A DNA stretch of 64,000 bases, taken from the NCBI GenBank assembly GCA_963843555.1, contig CAWJKV010000003.1, positions 64,001 through 128,000 of the forward strand. The letters run 5' to 3'. Shown one piece after another: positions 43,281 to 52,700 of this stretch (positions are counted from its first letter, which is position 1; every line of letters begins with the position of its first letter). Under the pieces are notes generated by a model that was not told where the DNA came from, ran no database searches, and saw nothing but the letters and a program-made list of their open reading frames with translations. A program made the position numbers and the translations under genes. The DNA comes from an uncultured Methanosarcinales archaeon. GTDB taxonomy: Archaea; Halobacteriota; Methanosarcinia; Methanotrichales; Methanotrichaceae.

Positions 43281-43955
43281 CTATGTTATGTGGTTATTGA
43301 GATAATCCAGCAAATTATCAAAACTCTTCGCTAGTTCCCCTCCTTTTTTTGTCTCTTCATTGTAAGCAAGGAAGTTGTATAGTTTTGTTTGCTCATCATA
43401 CCATCTTTGTTCAAGTCTATGCTCATCACAATTTTTGATATTGTTTTTAATCTTTTTTGTTGTAGCTTCAATTTCCATTTGAAACTTATCTGCTTCCTTT
43501 TGTTGTTTGCTAATATCGTCAGTTTTGGTTTTTAAATCATCGGAGTAAGGAAATGCCAAGCTAATTGAGCCAATAATAACCCATAAATCTCGATTGGCTT
43601 TAGCTAATTCCAATTCGTATTCATCACTTTTTTTGATTGAATCCCAATACTTTTCAAGAGATTGCGTATACTTTTTTTTGCTATCTGCGTCCGTTGATTT
43701 CTCTAATAATTCGCACCTACAATCCAAAAAACCACTTCTCATATTAAAAGCAAATAAAGAGCCGTATAAGCCTAACATAAGTGATTTTTGGCCTTTTAAT
43801 TGGCTAAAGAGTTGTTGCCGGTTCTTTCGAAAATCGGTTTCGATTTTTTGTCCCTCTATTTTGTATGTAACGATACCTGTAACCAAGCCGCCAACTAAGG
43901 CACCAAGGATGCCAGCAGCTCCAGAGATAACTTCAGGTTGTACCATATATAACAT
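43281..43955 (-). CDS. AT-rich hypothetical protein with an N-terminal membrane anchor and helical/coiled-coil body
   Basis: 224-aa ORF with hydrophobic GAAGILGALVGGLVTGIV and markedly lower GC than the flanks. Confidence 0.7.
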   Translation of the reverse strand: MLYMVQPEVISGAAGILGALVGGLVTGIVTYKIEGQKIETDFRKNRQQLFSQLKGQKSLMLGLYGSLFAFNMRSGFLDCRCELLEKSTDADSKKKYTQSLEKYWDSIKKSDEYELELAKANRDLWVIIGSISLAFPYSDDLKTKTDDISKQQKEADKFQMEIEATTKKIKNNIKNCDEHRLEQRWYDEQTKLYNFLAYNEETKKGGELAKSFDNLLDYLNNHIT

Positions 43956-44403
43956 CTTAGTCTATATGTACTAAAATATTTCTACATATCCTGGCTCGCA
44001 GGTGCAATAGACATGAGCAGCATCCTTTAGCTAGTCAAATTTTCCTTTTTTTGATTATCAAATTTAACGTATTAATCCTGAAAGCATGAACCCTAAGCTG
44101 GTCACCTCTTTAGTTACACCTTCTCCGAGATATTCATTGAGCCCTGAAATGTGCCGCAAGATTACGTTTTTATGTGAGAATTAGTTCTGGTACATTTTGC
44201 ATAAAATTTTTCACAATGACGTAGAACTATTTCCAGTTTTTACGCTCCCCGGCTGTAAGTTACTATACTGTCTTTTTTGTCTGGAGGCGGTTCTGCGAAG
44301 GTCTGGAAATGGAAAAGAAAGCCCTAACATATTTATATAAACATCCTTCTAGTCTCAAATCCTTTGAGGTAATTCTCCCAATTGAGTCTCATTGAGAACT
44401 GAC

Positions 44404-44530
44404 CGGACCTCATCGGCATGCTGCTATCTTCAAAGCTCGTCCCGCGTTTGAGTCGATGAGGTTAGTCAATCGCCCCACCAATCCAGAGACTTCTTTTTCA
44501 ATTCCAGTGAAGCATCATTTTCTATGAACT
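44404..44530 (-). pseudogene. Degenerate relic of the antitoxin/PIN-toxin junction found intact at about 45069-45200
   Basis: Shares CGGACCTCATCGGCATGCTGCT, CGTTTGAGTCGATGAGGT and TCAATCGC.CCACCAATCCAG with the intact locus. Confidence 0.8.
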
Positions 44531-44682
44531 AGCCTGCCGAGGGCTTCATGGATATAGGCTGCAGGGTGCCGGACTCGCATGTGGGCAAGCGCTCGCGGGC
44601 GCGAGCGGCCAAGGGACTGGCAGCGACGGTGCAGAGCAGGATGGCGGGGGCGAATGTGGCCAGGGAGATAGAGAGGGCAATG
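44531..44682 (+). repeat. Diverged copy R2 of the truA 3' end
   Basis: Contains GCGGCCAAGGGACTGGCAGCGACGGTGCAGAGCAGGATGGCGGGGGCGAATGTGGC, identical to truA at about 42854-42909. Confidence 0.92.
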
Positions 44683-44719
44683 AGGCAGTGTGACGAAACC
44701 GCGAGAACAGAGTGTCGCT

Positions 44720-45151
44720 TCAATTATAATCTGCTTTTTCGGCCATGATCATTGCCGGCGTTTTTCTTTGAATATTGGTTGAGTCGAAGTCCTTGTCGAA
44801 GCTCACAAGTATTAGATCATTATTTCGTGCTGCAACATATTGATACGCATCGTCGAAATCCAGATCCTGCTCTCTCATTGCAGATAATAAATCCCGCAGA
44901 TCTGCAAGGCTCAATGCGATTCTCTTGACTCCAGTCTCCTCTAAAAGATCCGATAGAAAAGCTGCAAATACATCTTCCTTTTTCAGGCGAGAAGTTATTA
45001 TTCCAATTGAATAGAGCGTGAATTCCGTTAGAGATATTTCGTCCAACTGAACCATCTGCAAGAACTTGCGGACCTCATCGGCATGCTGCTGCCTTAAGAG
45101 TAATTCTAGCCATACGTTTGAGTCGATGAGGTAGCTCAATCGCTCCACCAA
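44720..45151 (-). CDS. vapC: PIN-domain (VapC-like) toxin
   Basis: YLIDSNVWLE N-terminus, LDFDDAYQY and SFDKDF acidic PIN motifs. Overlaps the upstream small gene. Confidence 0.88.
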   Translation of the reverse strand: MVERLSYLIDSNVWLELLLRQQHADEVRKFLQMVQLDEISLTEFTLYSIGIITSRLKKEDVFAAFLSDLLEETGVKRIALSLADLRDLLSAMREQDLDFDDAYQYVAARNNDLILVSFDKDFDSTNIQRKTPAMIMAEKADYN

Positions 45152-45342
45152 TCCAGGGACTTTTTCTGCAATTCAAGAGAAGTATAATTTTCTTTGAACT
45201 CGGCCAATCCGCCCGCCCAGTCAAACCGTAGCTTTTTGCGCTTGGGTTTGCTCTTTTTTTCAGCGAGGTATTGGGCGAAATCCAGAACCTCTTGCTGGTG
45301 TTGGGAGGAAAGTTTGGCCATAAGTTCGCGGATCTGCTCCAT
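45136..45342 (-). CDS. Antitoxin, DUF2281-like
   Basis: 68 aa with EVLDFAQYL and LRFDWAGGL, directly upstream of the PIN toxin. Confidence 0.8.
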   Translation of the reverse strand: MEQIRELMAKLSSQHQQEVLDFAQYLAEKKSKPKRKKLRFDWAGGLAEFKENYTSLELQKKSLDWWSD

Positions 45343-45445
45343 AGATGTATTTTGGAGGCTTATGGATGATATAATTTCCTATTTGCATCACACAACGCGG
45401 ACCTGAGCACCAGAAGTCTTGCCTAGCTGAACGGGGGATTCAGGC

Positions 45446-45627
45446 AGCCTGCCGAGGCCCCCATCCTCATGGATGCAGGCCACCAGGGGCTGGACTCGCA
45501 TGTGCACGAGCCCTCCCGGGCGCGGGCGGCCAGGGGGCTGGCCAGCGACGGTGCAGAGCAGGATGGCGGGGGCGAACGTGGCCCGGGAGATCGGGCGGGC
45601 GATGGGATTGGATGCGGGGGATTAGGA
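45446..45627 (+). repeat. Diverged copy R3 of the truA 3' end
   Basis: Runs from CCTGCCGAGG..CATCCTCATGGA through CAGCGACGGTGCAGAGCAGGATGGCGGGGGCGAA to TTGGATGCGGGGGATTAGGA, which includes the truA stop. Confidence 0.92.
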
Positions 45628-45696
45628 CGATCTGGTCTAGCAAGGCGAGAGCATAGATGCAAAGATATACTAAACATCAGCATAACATTAGAACAT

Positions 45697-45948
45697 ATGA
45701 GCGAGATAGTTTTGCAGGTGCCGGATGATGCATTACTGGCCCTGAAGATGTCCCCGGATGAATTAGGAAAGGAGCTAAGGTTGGCAGCTGCCGTGAAGCT
45801 CTTTGAATTGGGAAAACTATCATCAGGGGCGGCAGCCAGATTGGCAGGAATACCAAGAACGCTCTTCCTTGCTAAACTTGCGAACTACGGTGTTGATACC
45901 TTTCGCCTGACAGAAGAAGACCTCACGGCGGAGGCACCTCTTGTCTGA
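45697..45948 (+). CDS. UPF0175-family antitoxin-like protein
   Basis: ELRLAAAVKLFELGKLSSGAAARLAG..R..FL..L..YGV. The true start is at 45697; the ORF track extends into repeat R3. Confidence 0.88.
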   Translation: MSEIVLQVPDDALLALKMSPDELGKELRLAAAVKLFELGKLSSGAAARLAGIPRTLFLAKLANYGVDTFRLTEEDLTAEAPLV

Positions 45949-46426
45949 AGTCATATGCAATACATCGCCTTTGCAGTATTTGCATCAGATAGGTCAACTA
46001 AGTATCCTCCAGGCTCTTGTCGGATCTATTATCGTTCCTCCTGCCGTCCTAATTGAACTGGATGCTGGTATGGCAAAAGGACTGGACCTACCACAACCTG
46101 AGAACCTCAAATGGGTCAGAATACAAGCACCTGTCAGCGCCCGGGCCGCATCTCTAATAACAGATCTCGGACCTGGAGAATCCCAGGTACTAATGCTGGC
46201 CCTTGAAATGCCCGGAAGCATTGCACTTCTGGATGATGCACTGGCACGCCGCGTGGCCATAGCAAATGGAATACCGATTAAGGGCACTTTAGGATTGCTT
46301 CTGGACGCAAAACGTGTGGGCCACCTAAATGCGGTGGAGCCTTCTCTTGATAAGCTCCAGGAGCTGGGCTTCCGCCTCTCTCAACAGACACGGGAAGCTG
46401 TATTGAAGCTGGCTGGAGAGTCATAG
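45941..46426 (+). CDS. DUF3368-type PIN-like protein (toxin partner of UPF0175)
   Basis: NTSPL, VPPAV..EL, LGPGE, LLDD..ARR, GTLGLLLDAK, GFRLS and the C-terminal AGE. Confidence 0.88.
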   Translation: MSEVICNTSPLQYLHQIGQLSILQALVGSIIVPPAVLIELDAGMAKGLDLPQPENLKWVRIQAPVSARAASLITDLGPGESQVLMLALEMPGSIALLDDALARRVAIANGIPIKGTLGLLLDAKRVGHLNAVEPSLDKLQELGFRLSQQTREAVLKLAGES

Positions 46427-46477
46427 GGACTCTCACGATCTTTGGTGATGGCGATTTAATCTATAGGATATGGTCTT

Positions 46478-46628
46478 ATGGGCTGCCCGAGTCTGGACTC
46501 ACATGTGCACGAGCCCTCACGGGCGCGGGCGCCGGGGGGTCTGGCGGCAACGGTGCAGAGCAGGATGGCCGGGGCGAATGTGGCCGGGAGATGGAGAAGG
46601 CGATGGGATTGGATGCGGGGGATTAGGA
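46478..46628 (+). repeat. Diverged copy R4 of the truA 3' end
   Basis: CTGGCGGCAACGGTGCAGAGCAGGATGGCCGGGGCGAATGTGGC ... TTGGATGCGGGGGATTAGGAA. Confidence 0.92.
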
Positions 46629-47065
46629 AAGCCGCGTTATCGGCACATTTTCTTTCTGATAAGTCATAAGAATACAAATATCACACTTTATCGCGGTTGG
46701 ATATGATAACGGTTCTCAATTATACCTTTGTTTACAATAATTTAAACGCCTATACCGCATACAAAATACATACAATACAACTTTTTTTTGATAGCTACCA
46801 GTTATTATTATCCGTTATTATTAGTGCAACTCGAGTTTTAACTTCTGCATTTTTGATTCATAAATGTAATAAGATATCAGTAGAACTATCCTTAATTCTT
46901 AGGAACAGTTAAATACTATTATGAAAGATCCTTGATTGTAAAATTGGATGAAATTTGCCTAAGTGATTTGCATATTGGATGAAACTCTCTAATATAGTCA
47001 CTATTGGATTATCCAATATGGCATATACTTAAGACAAAATTCGGCCACATCAAGGAGGGAGAATA

Positions 47066-47569
47066 ACGAACAAATTAATAAAATTATATTTGACCATCGC
47101 TTTGGTCGCGATGGTATCGCTGGTAGCATCAGCATCTGCATCGTCTTTGACTCTGTCCGCGACTATGCCTCAAATTCTCTCGGTTCAATTTCCTGCATCT
47201 AATAACTTCGGGGATTTGATTCCGGGTAATACAGTCACGGCGGGTAACCAGGTTCATATCGAAGGCAACTGCTATTGGGCTTTATCTGTCTATGCCCAGG
47301 ATGACGGATACGGACACCACGGATATCTGACGCAGCAACACCCATCATCTATGCATGACTGGATACGTAATCCTGTATCTATGTACATCCCTACGTATGG
47401 GATAGGTCCAACGTCTCTTGAGTATTATTATAATTATAGCCCAATATCGGTTACGAGTGGCTTTGGTCCCATGGATATATACTATCAGCTTTCAACGATG
47501 TCTTCAGGAAGCGAAGATTCCAGATATCCATACACCATTACACTGGATTTCGTCCTAACTGCACAATAA
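47066..47569 (+). CDS. Secreted small beta-rich protein, candidate major pilin (WxL/Csu-like)
   Basis: Signal peptide ending ASASA. Mature N-terminus SSLTLSATMPQILSV, internal WALSV, C-terminal YTITLDFVL. GGAGG RBS upstream. Confidence 0.65.
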   Translation, partial: TNKLIKLYLTIALVAMVSLVASASASSLTLSATMPQILSVQFPASNNFGDLIPGNTVTAGNQVHIEGNCYWALSVYAQDDGYGHHGYLTQQHPSSMHDWIRNPVSMYIPTYGIGPTSLEYYYNYSPISVTSGFGPMDIYYQLSTMSSGSEDSRYPYTITLDFVLTAQ

Positions 47570-47601
47570 GGCCAGCTGATGATTAAGTGATATGGACAAT
47601 C

Positions 47602-47645
47602 GAGCTGAGCCATTCCTGTATAAGGAAGCTCGGCTCAATTTTTTT
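47602..47645 (+). terminator. Hairpin plus T-tract after the candidate pilin gene
   Basis: GAGCTGAGC..TTCCT-gtata-AGGAA-GCTCGGCTC followed by TTTTTTT. Confidence 0.6.
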
Positions 47646-47959
47646 AAACACGATAATACTTGAAACCCTCAATAATCTATGCTATTTCACTTAAGATTTT
47701 GCAACTCAGAAAATTCTTGCACTATCAAGAGCGATGGTGGTTCAATTGAGAATTAGGAGAGATTTGAACTTCTCTTTACCATAAACTTATTAAAGTAGAA
47801 AGCAATATCTAATATAGCCTTCAAGGGTTAAATAAATGGTGAAAAGACGATATGGCATTAATCGATCGTGTTAAGCTGAATATATTACTACTAAAATGGC
47901 TGTAATTCAGATCGATTTAGCATATAAATTAGAAATTTATTTGAGAGGTGTATTAGAAG

Positions 47960-48778
47960 ATGATATTCAAAAGCGTGGTAGTAGCGCCTGCATTGAGTCT
48001 AGCTCTGATTTTGTTGGCTGTTATGCCTGCTTGTGCAAACCTTACACTGGTTGGAGCGAAATATGAGGCTAATGTTATTCCAGGACAGCATATTGAAGAT
48101 GAAATAGAATTAAACCTCGGGGCTGAAGATCTCCCTGTGGATATAATGACGGAAATTCTTGGTTTAGGCCAGAGTCCTAATGGAGTATATACCATGATCG
48201 AATCTGATCAGGACGATGGACTCTATTCAGCCAAGCCTTTCTTAAATATATCACCCTCTAATTTCCATCTCAATCCTGGTGAATCAAAAAAGATGCTGAT
48301 CAGCGGTGACGTGCCCTTGGACATTGGAGATGGGTCAAGATACGCTCTGGCTAGCATTCGAGGGATATCTAAAGGAAGCGGACCCGTAGGGGTATCACTG
48401 GTGCTTAATGTTCCTATCCTGCTCAATATCACTGGTTCTAAACTCTCCAAAACAGCCGATATTGTGGGCCTGGACACGAGCAAGCCGGTCAATAATAATT
48501 GGAAGAACGCAACGCTTACGCTAAAGAACACCGGAAATACCAATTATGCGACCATAGTTAAGGCTGTCATGAAAGATGGTGAAGGAAATGTCATTGCCAA
48601 TTCTACAACCATCAATCAAGTTCTCCCGCCAATATTACCTGGAAAGTTGAGGGAATATGCGCTTCAGCTCAAATCCAACCGGACAATTGAGCCTGGAAAT
48701 TATGCTCTGAATGCAACAGCCTACTTGGAAGACGGGACTGTTCTAGCCAGCAAAGAAACGGCATTTGATGTTGTTTAA
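47960..48778 (+). CDS. Secreted two-Ig-domain protein resembling pilus chaperones / DUF916 WxL-interacting proteins
   Basis: Signal peptide. ISPSNFHLNPGESKKM in domain 1; LTLKNTGN, ILPG..R and PGNY in domain 2. Confidence 0.65.
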   Translation: MIFKSVVVAPALSLALILLAVMPACANLTLVGAKYEANVIPGQHIEDEIELNLGAEDLPVDIMTEILGLGQSPNGVYTMIESDQDDGLYSAKPFLNISPSNFHLNPGESKKMLISGDVPLDIGDGSRYALASIRGISKGSGPVGVSLVLNVPILLNITGSKLSKTADIVGLDTSKPVNNNWKNATLTLKNTGNTNYATIVKAVMKDGEGNVIANSTTINQVLPPILPGKLREYALQLKSNRTIEPGNYALNATAYLEDGTVLASKETAFDVV

Positions 48779-48796
48779 TTTATACCATCGGGAGCG

Positions 48797-48975
48797 CTGA
48801 GGGTCACGAATACTCCGATCTTTAGGTGGGGATGAAGTGAACCCTCGCACAATTTTTCAGGCTCCATCAATCAATGAACCGTTAATCGTGGAATAAAGGG
48901 GATCCGAGCAATAGGACTCGATGATTTCTGGATTCCGGAAAACGGCGGCGTGCGGCCCGAAGCATACCCTGTCTT
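48797..48975. mobile_element. Probable IS200/IS605-family end remnant or structured non-coding element, with no transposase
   Basis: GAGGGTCAC-gaatACTCCGATCTTTAGGTGGGGATGAA-GTGAACCCTC nested hairpin. It resembles IS200/IS605 subterminal hairpins; this match is from recall, not a search. Confidence 0.5.
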
Positions 48976-49138
48976 TCAATGCATTAGTTATATATATGAT
49001 AAGTAACTTACTCATATTATTATGTGTGTTTCAGTCTTGCCAGTTATTAAAACCAACTCAATTAAATTTTGCTGTACTTCTTTAATTTATTATATAGCGG
49101 AATGGAGAAAGATCAGAATATAATCACCGAAAAACATT

Positions 49139-49747
49139 TTGATAGTATTGCATGGCAAAGGAAAAGGGGAAAAAATGGAGTACATGAAGGATCCAATAGA
49201 CTGGAAGGCTTCACATGGACTCAAATCATTTTTTTTCCTTATTATTATAATAATTCTCTTAACTGAAATCTGCTTTGCAGAACAAACACCAATCATTGAG
49301 GCCGCACCTGGGCAGCCTATCGGAAATGTATTGACTTTAGGCGGGGATTCTGGCGGGATTACGATTGGTGTATCTCCCATTATCTCAGATTGGATCCTGG
49401 ATCCAACTAAACCAATTTGCACCAGGGAAACCACCCTTGAGATAGATTGCAGAGGACCCTGGAGGATCACTGTCTCAGCAGATGTACCAGCTCAAGGTCA
49501 TCTGGCTGAATATGATACATCCAGCTCTGCCTATGTCCCTGACGGAATAAGGCTGAAAGACTCTATGATCGTCATTGCCAAAGGAGGAAACAGCGTCGAC
49601 CTCTCTCATGGGGGAGTGCTTCTGGACGGTGATGGAAGAGCTACTGTTCTATTGACTTTCATCCAGAAGGCATCCTTGGATGATAAATCTCTGCCCTCTG
49701 GCAATATTTATCAAATTAATATAATCTTTAAAGGATTAAAACTCTGA
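49139..49747 (+). CDS. Secreted small beta-rich protein, candidate minor pilin (start probably later than the ORF start)
   Basis: Hydrophobic signal FFFLIIIIILLTEICFA. WRITVSAD...GHL and C-terminal YQINIIF parallel the 47066 protein. Confidence 0.6.
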   Translation: MIVLHGKGKGEKMEYMKDPIDWKASHGLKSFFFLIIIIILLTEICFAEQTPIIEAAPGQPIGNVLTLGGDSGGITIGVSPIISDWILDPTKPICTRETTLEIDCRGPWRITVSADVPAQGHLAEYDTSSSAYVPDGIRLKDSMIVIAKGGNSVDLSHGGVLLDGDGRATVLLTFIQKASLDDKSLPSGNIYQINIIFKGLKL

Positions 49748-49751
49748 GGGC

Positions 49752-52700
49752 ATGATGATCCTTCTATCTAAAACGTTGGCCGGAATCTATCGCTCGCGGT
49801 ACTACTACAAATCGGCCCCGAAATGGATCTCTGCAAAGGGACAGGGAGGACTCAGCAAATGGGGAAAGCATGTATCCTCCTGGATTCAAGCCTTCATGGT
49901 CCTATCCGTATTATTTGCTCTCGCTGAAGCATCAGGTCATGATACTGACCTTTATACTATCCAAATTGACCTTCCCGCAGAGATCATCCATGATGTGATG
50001 ATCATTGATACTCTTCCAAGTGGGCTGGTATATAGTGCAGGCAGCTTGAAGGTGACAGGCGCTGCTACCAATATGTCGGAGACTATAGCCTATCCAAATG
50101 ATGGCAGTCAGCCTGTGACCATAACCTGGAGCTTTGGCGATCTGGACAATTCTGCAGACGAAGACATTTTGATTCAATTTCAGGTTTTGGTAGCTGATAC
50201 GGATCAGAACAGGGATGGAATGATTTTAGCGCCAAGCGTAGCGCTTCTCCAATGGAGGGATCAAGAGGGGTTTGCTCAATCCAGCAGCACCAAATCAACT
50301 GCCGTTAGGATCATTGAGCCCGACCTCCAGATAAAGCAGCGATTCATGCCTCCATCTGCAAAGATCGGGGAGACTGTGACCTGCACCATTTCTCTTTGCC
50401 ACATACCCAGCAGCCACTCAGATGCCTTCGATGCGGAGGTTGTAGAAAACCTTCCTCAAGGATTGATTTACACACCCGGTTCAATGGAGATAGTCGCCGG
50501 GCCCAAAGGGAGGTGTGATGATTCTAATAGCCAAGAGCTACGATGGCACTTTGATAAGATAGATATGTCTTGGGCAAAGACTACCGAGATCCAGCTTAGA
50601 TATAAAGCAACTGTTGATAAAGGAGCTAAGCAGGGTTCAACGCTAAACGGCACTGCTGATCTATCCTGGGCTAGCAGCGTGGGAATCTATCCCGAAAAGA
50701 GAACCTATTTCGAGACGGCTAGTGGAAGCATAACTATCGCTTCCACGCCACCGGCATTCGTCATAACCGTAGCGGATTATCCCAATCCCATTCGCCCCGG
50801 CGATGAACTAACTTATGCAATTAATTACAAAAATATAGGAGGCTATGCTCAAGGCGCCGCAATTCAGGCCACCTACGATCCCAAAGTCGCCTTCGTCTCC
50901 GCCGTCCCCGCGCCCGACCAGGGCTCGGACAGCCAGTGGACGCTGGGCGACCTCATGAACGGGGCTTCGGGCACAATCGAGGTTAAGTTGGGCACCGGAT
51001 CATCTTTAGCGGACGGAACCTTGCTCACCAGTTCGGCCAGGATCGCCGACCAGGACGGCGTTTCTGCCCAGGATACTGCCATCACCAGGGTCATGACCAC
51101 CGCTCCAAACCTCCAGATCGAGAAGGCGGCCTCCGATCGGTTCATCCGGCCGGGAGGCGCTCTCAACTACACCATAACCTACGGCAACTCCGGAAATACG
51201 GAGGCTGAAAATGTCACCATAACCGATCTCGTTGACGGCAACCTTGACTTTGATCCTGCCGACGCCACCCCAAGAGCTAGCAAGATCTGGAGGGATGCAG
51301 AGGGGACGCATCTGTGGTGGAACGCGAGCATCCTAAAATCCGAGAGGCTCTCGCCGGGCGGTTCAGGCAAAATAGATATTCGCGTAGGCCTGCCCCCAGT
51401 TCCCGAACATCCCCGGTTCGACTGGGTTTACAACAACTACAAGATCGATTCAGACCTGAGTGAGGGCAAGTTCAAGATGCTGGAGACTGCAGTTATCCAC
51501 TCCCTCTATGTGAGGAAGATGGCGGAGGCGCAGGCCTATTTTGCGAATGAGATGGTTAACTACACCATTATTTACGGAAACGACCTGGCACTTGATGCCG
51601 ATAGAGCGGTGGTGATGGATGTTCTCCCTGATCCGGAATTTATGGAGTTCATCGAGGCAAATCCGCAGCCAACCGCCATAAAGAATAACGTTTTGGTTTG
51701 GGCACTGGGCACAATTCCTCCCAAAAGCAGTGGAACCATCAAGGTCTATCTGAGAATCAAAGAGAACCATTCTGATATCCGATTCAGATCCACCCAATCC
51801 GTCTCCGGCCAGGGCTACGTCCATTTTGACCAGAGGCTGGACACTGCCCAAAAGCCCAACAGCCTGACCAATTTCGCCAACATTACCGCCAGCTACATGG
51901 GTATGCCCGAATCCGATGAAAGCTCTGCAACTATAATGCTTGCTGATGCCCTGGGAACGGCAGTAAGCATCGTAGGCCACGGCAGCGGAACATATTCCAG
52001 GGATGAGGAGTCCCAGCTCTACTCCAAGGACAAGACAATTCAGATGAAGACCAGCCTCAAAGAGAGATACCGGGCATCCACTTTCTCTCTGCCCCGGGGC
52101 AGGTCCATAAACTACGACTCCAAATGGTCTGAGGTCCAGAGCGCCGAGAACCGGGTGACCGGGGCCTCTATGATTGAGCGTTATACGTATGCCAGCAGAA
52201 TCGACCGAAATAGTACCTTGAGCCTGGACAAGAACGGCTCTATCCTTGCCTCAGATACATCCTTCGAGGGAGCGGGCCATGTAGGACTGACGAAGCGCTC
52301 CAACGCAAACCTTCCATATTCATTTCAGGGAGCTTTTACCTACGAGTCGCAGGAGGACTACCTGGGCAGCTTCAAGGTCTCCACCAAATTTGATGAGTAC
52401 GGCAAGAATGCCAAATCCAGCCGCTCTGCCTCAGGAGTGGGTTATGCTGCTTCCGACAAACGCATCGGCACGAGCCAGAGAAGCTACGAATCTGGAACAG
52501 GCAACTATCAGGTAGAGGATCGCATTGAAACTCAAACCAACTACCTGGCCAAATACATAAACGCCTCATATGGATCCCTGAAATACAACTACACTCAGGA
52601 TTTTAGAGTACCTCTTTCCCAGAAATGGAGCGAAGGCATGTGGTCCAGATCGGGCACTCTGCCCGTCAAGGATTCGAATAGCTCTGAGCCAGCCAGTTTC

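Noticed and set aside
42772..46628. truA-tail repeats as a CRISPR array or DGR template/variable repeats
   Set aside because: The units are 150-180 bp and separated by whole genes. Differences are not adenine-specific, and no cas or reverse transcriptase gene is in the window.
44548..46706. Small ORFs 44548-44748 and 46478-46669, and the 5' extension of 45469-45948, as real genes
   Set aside because: They are translations of the truA-tail repeat. The UPF0175 gene starts at 45697.
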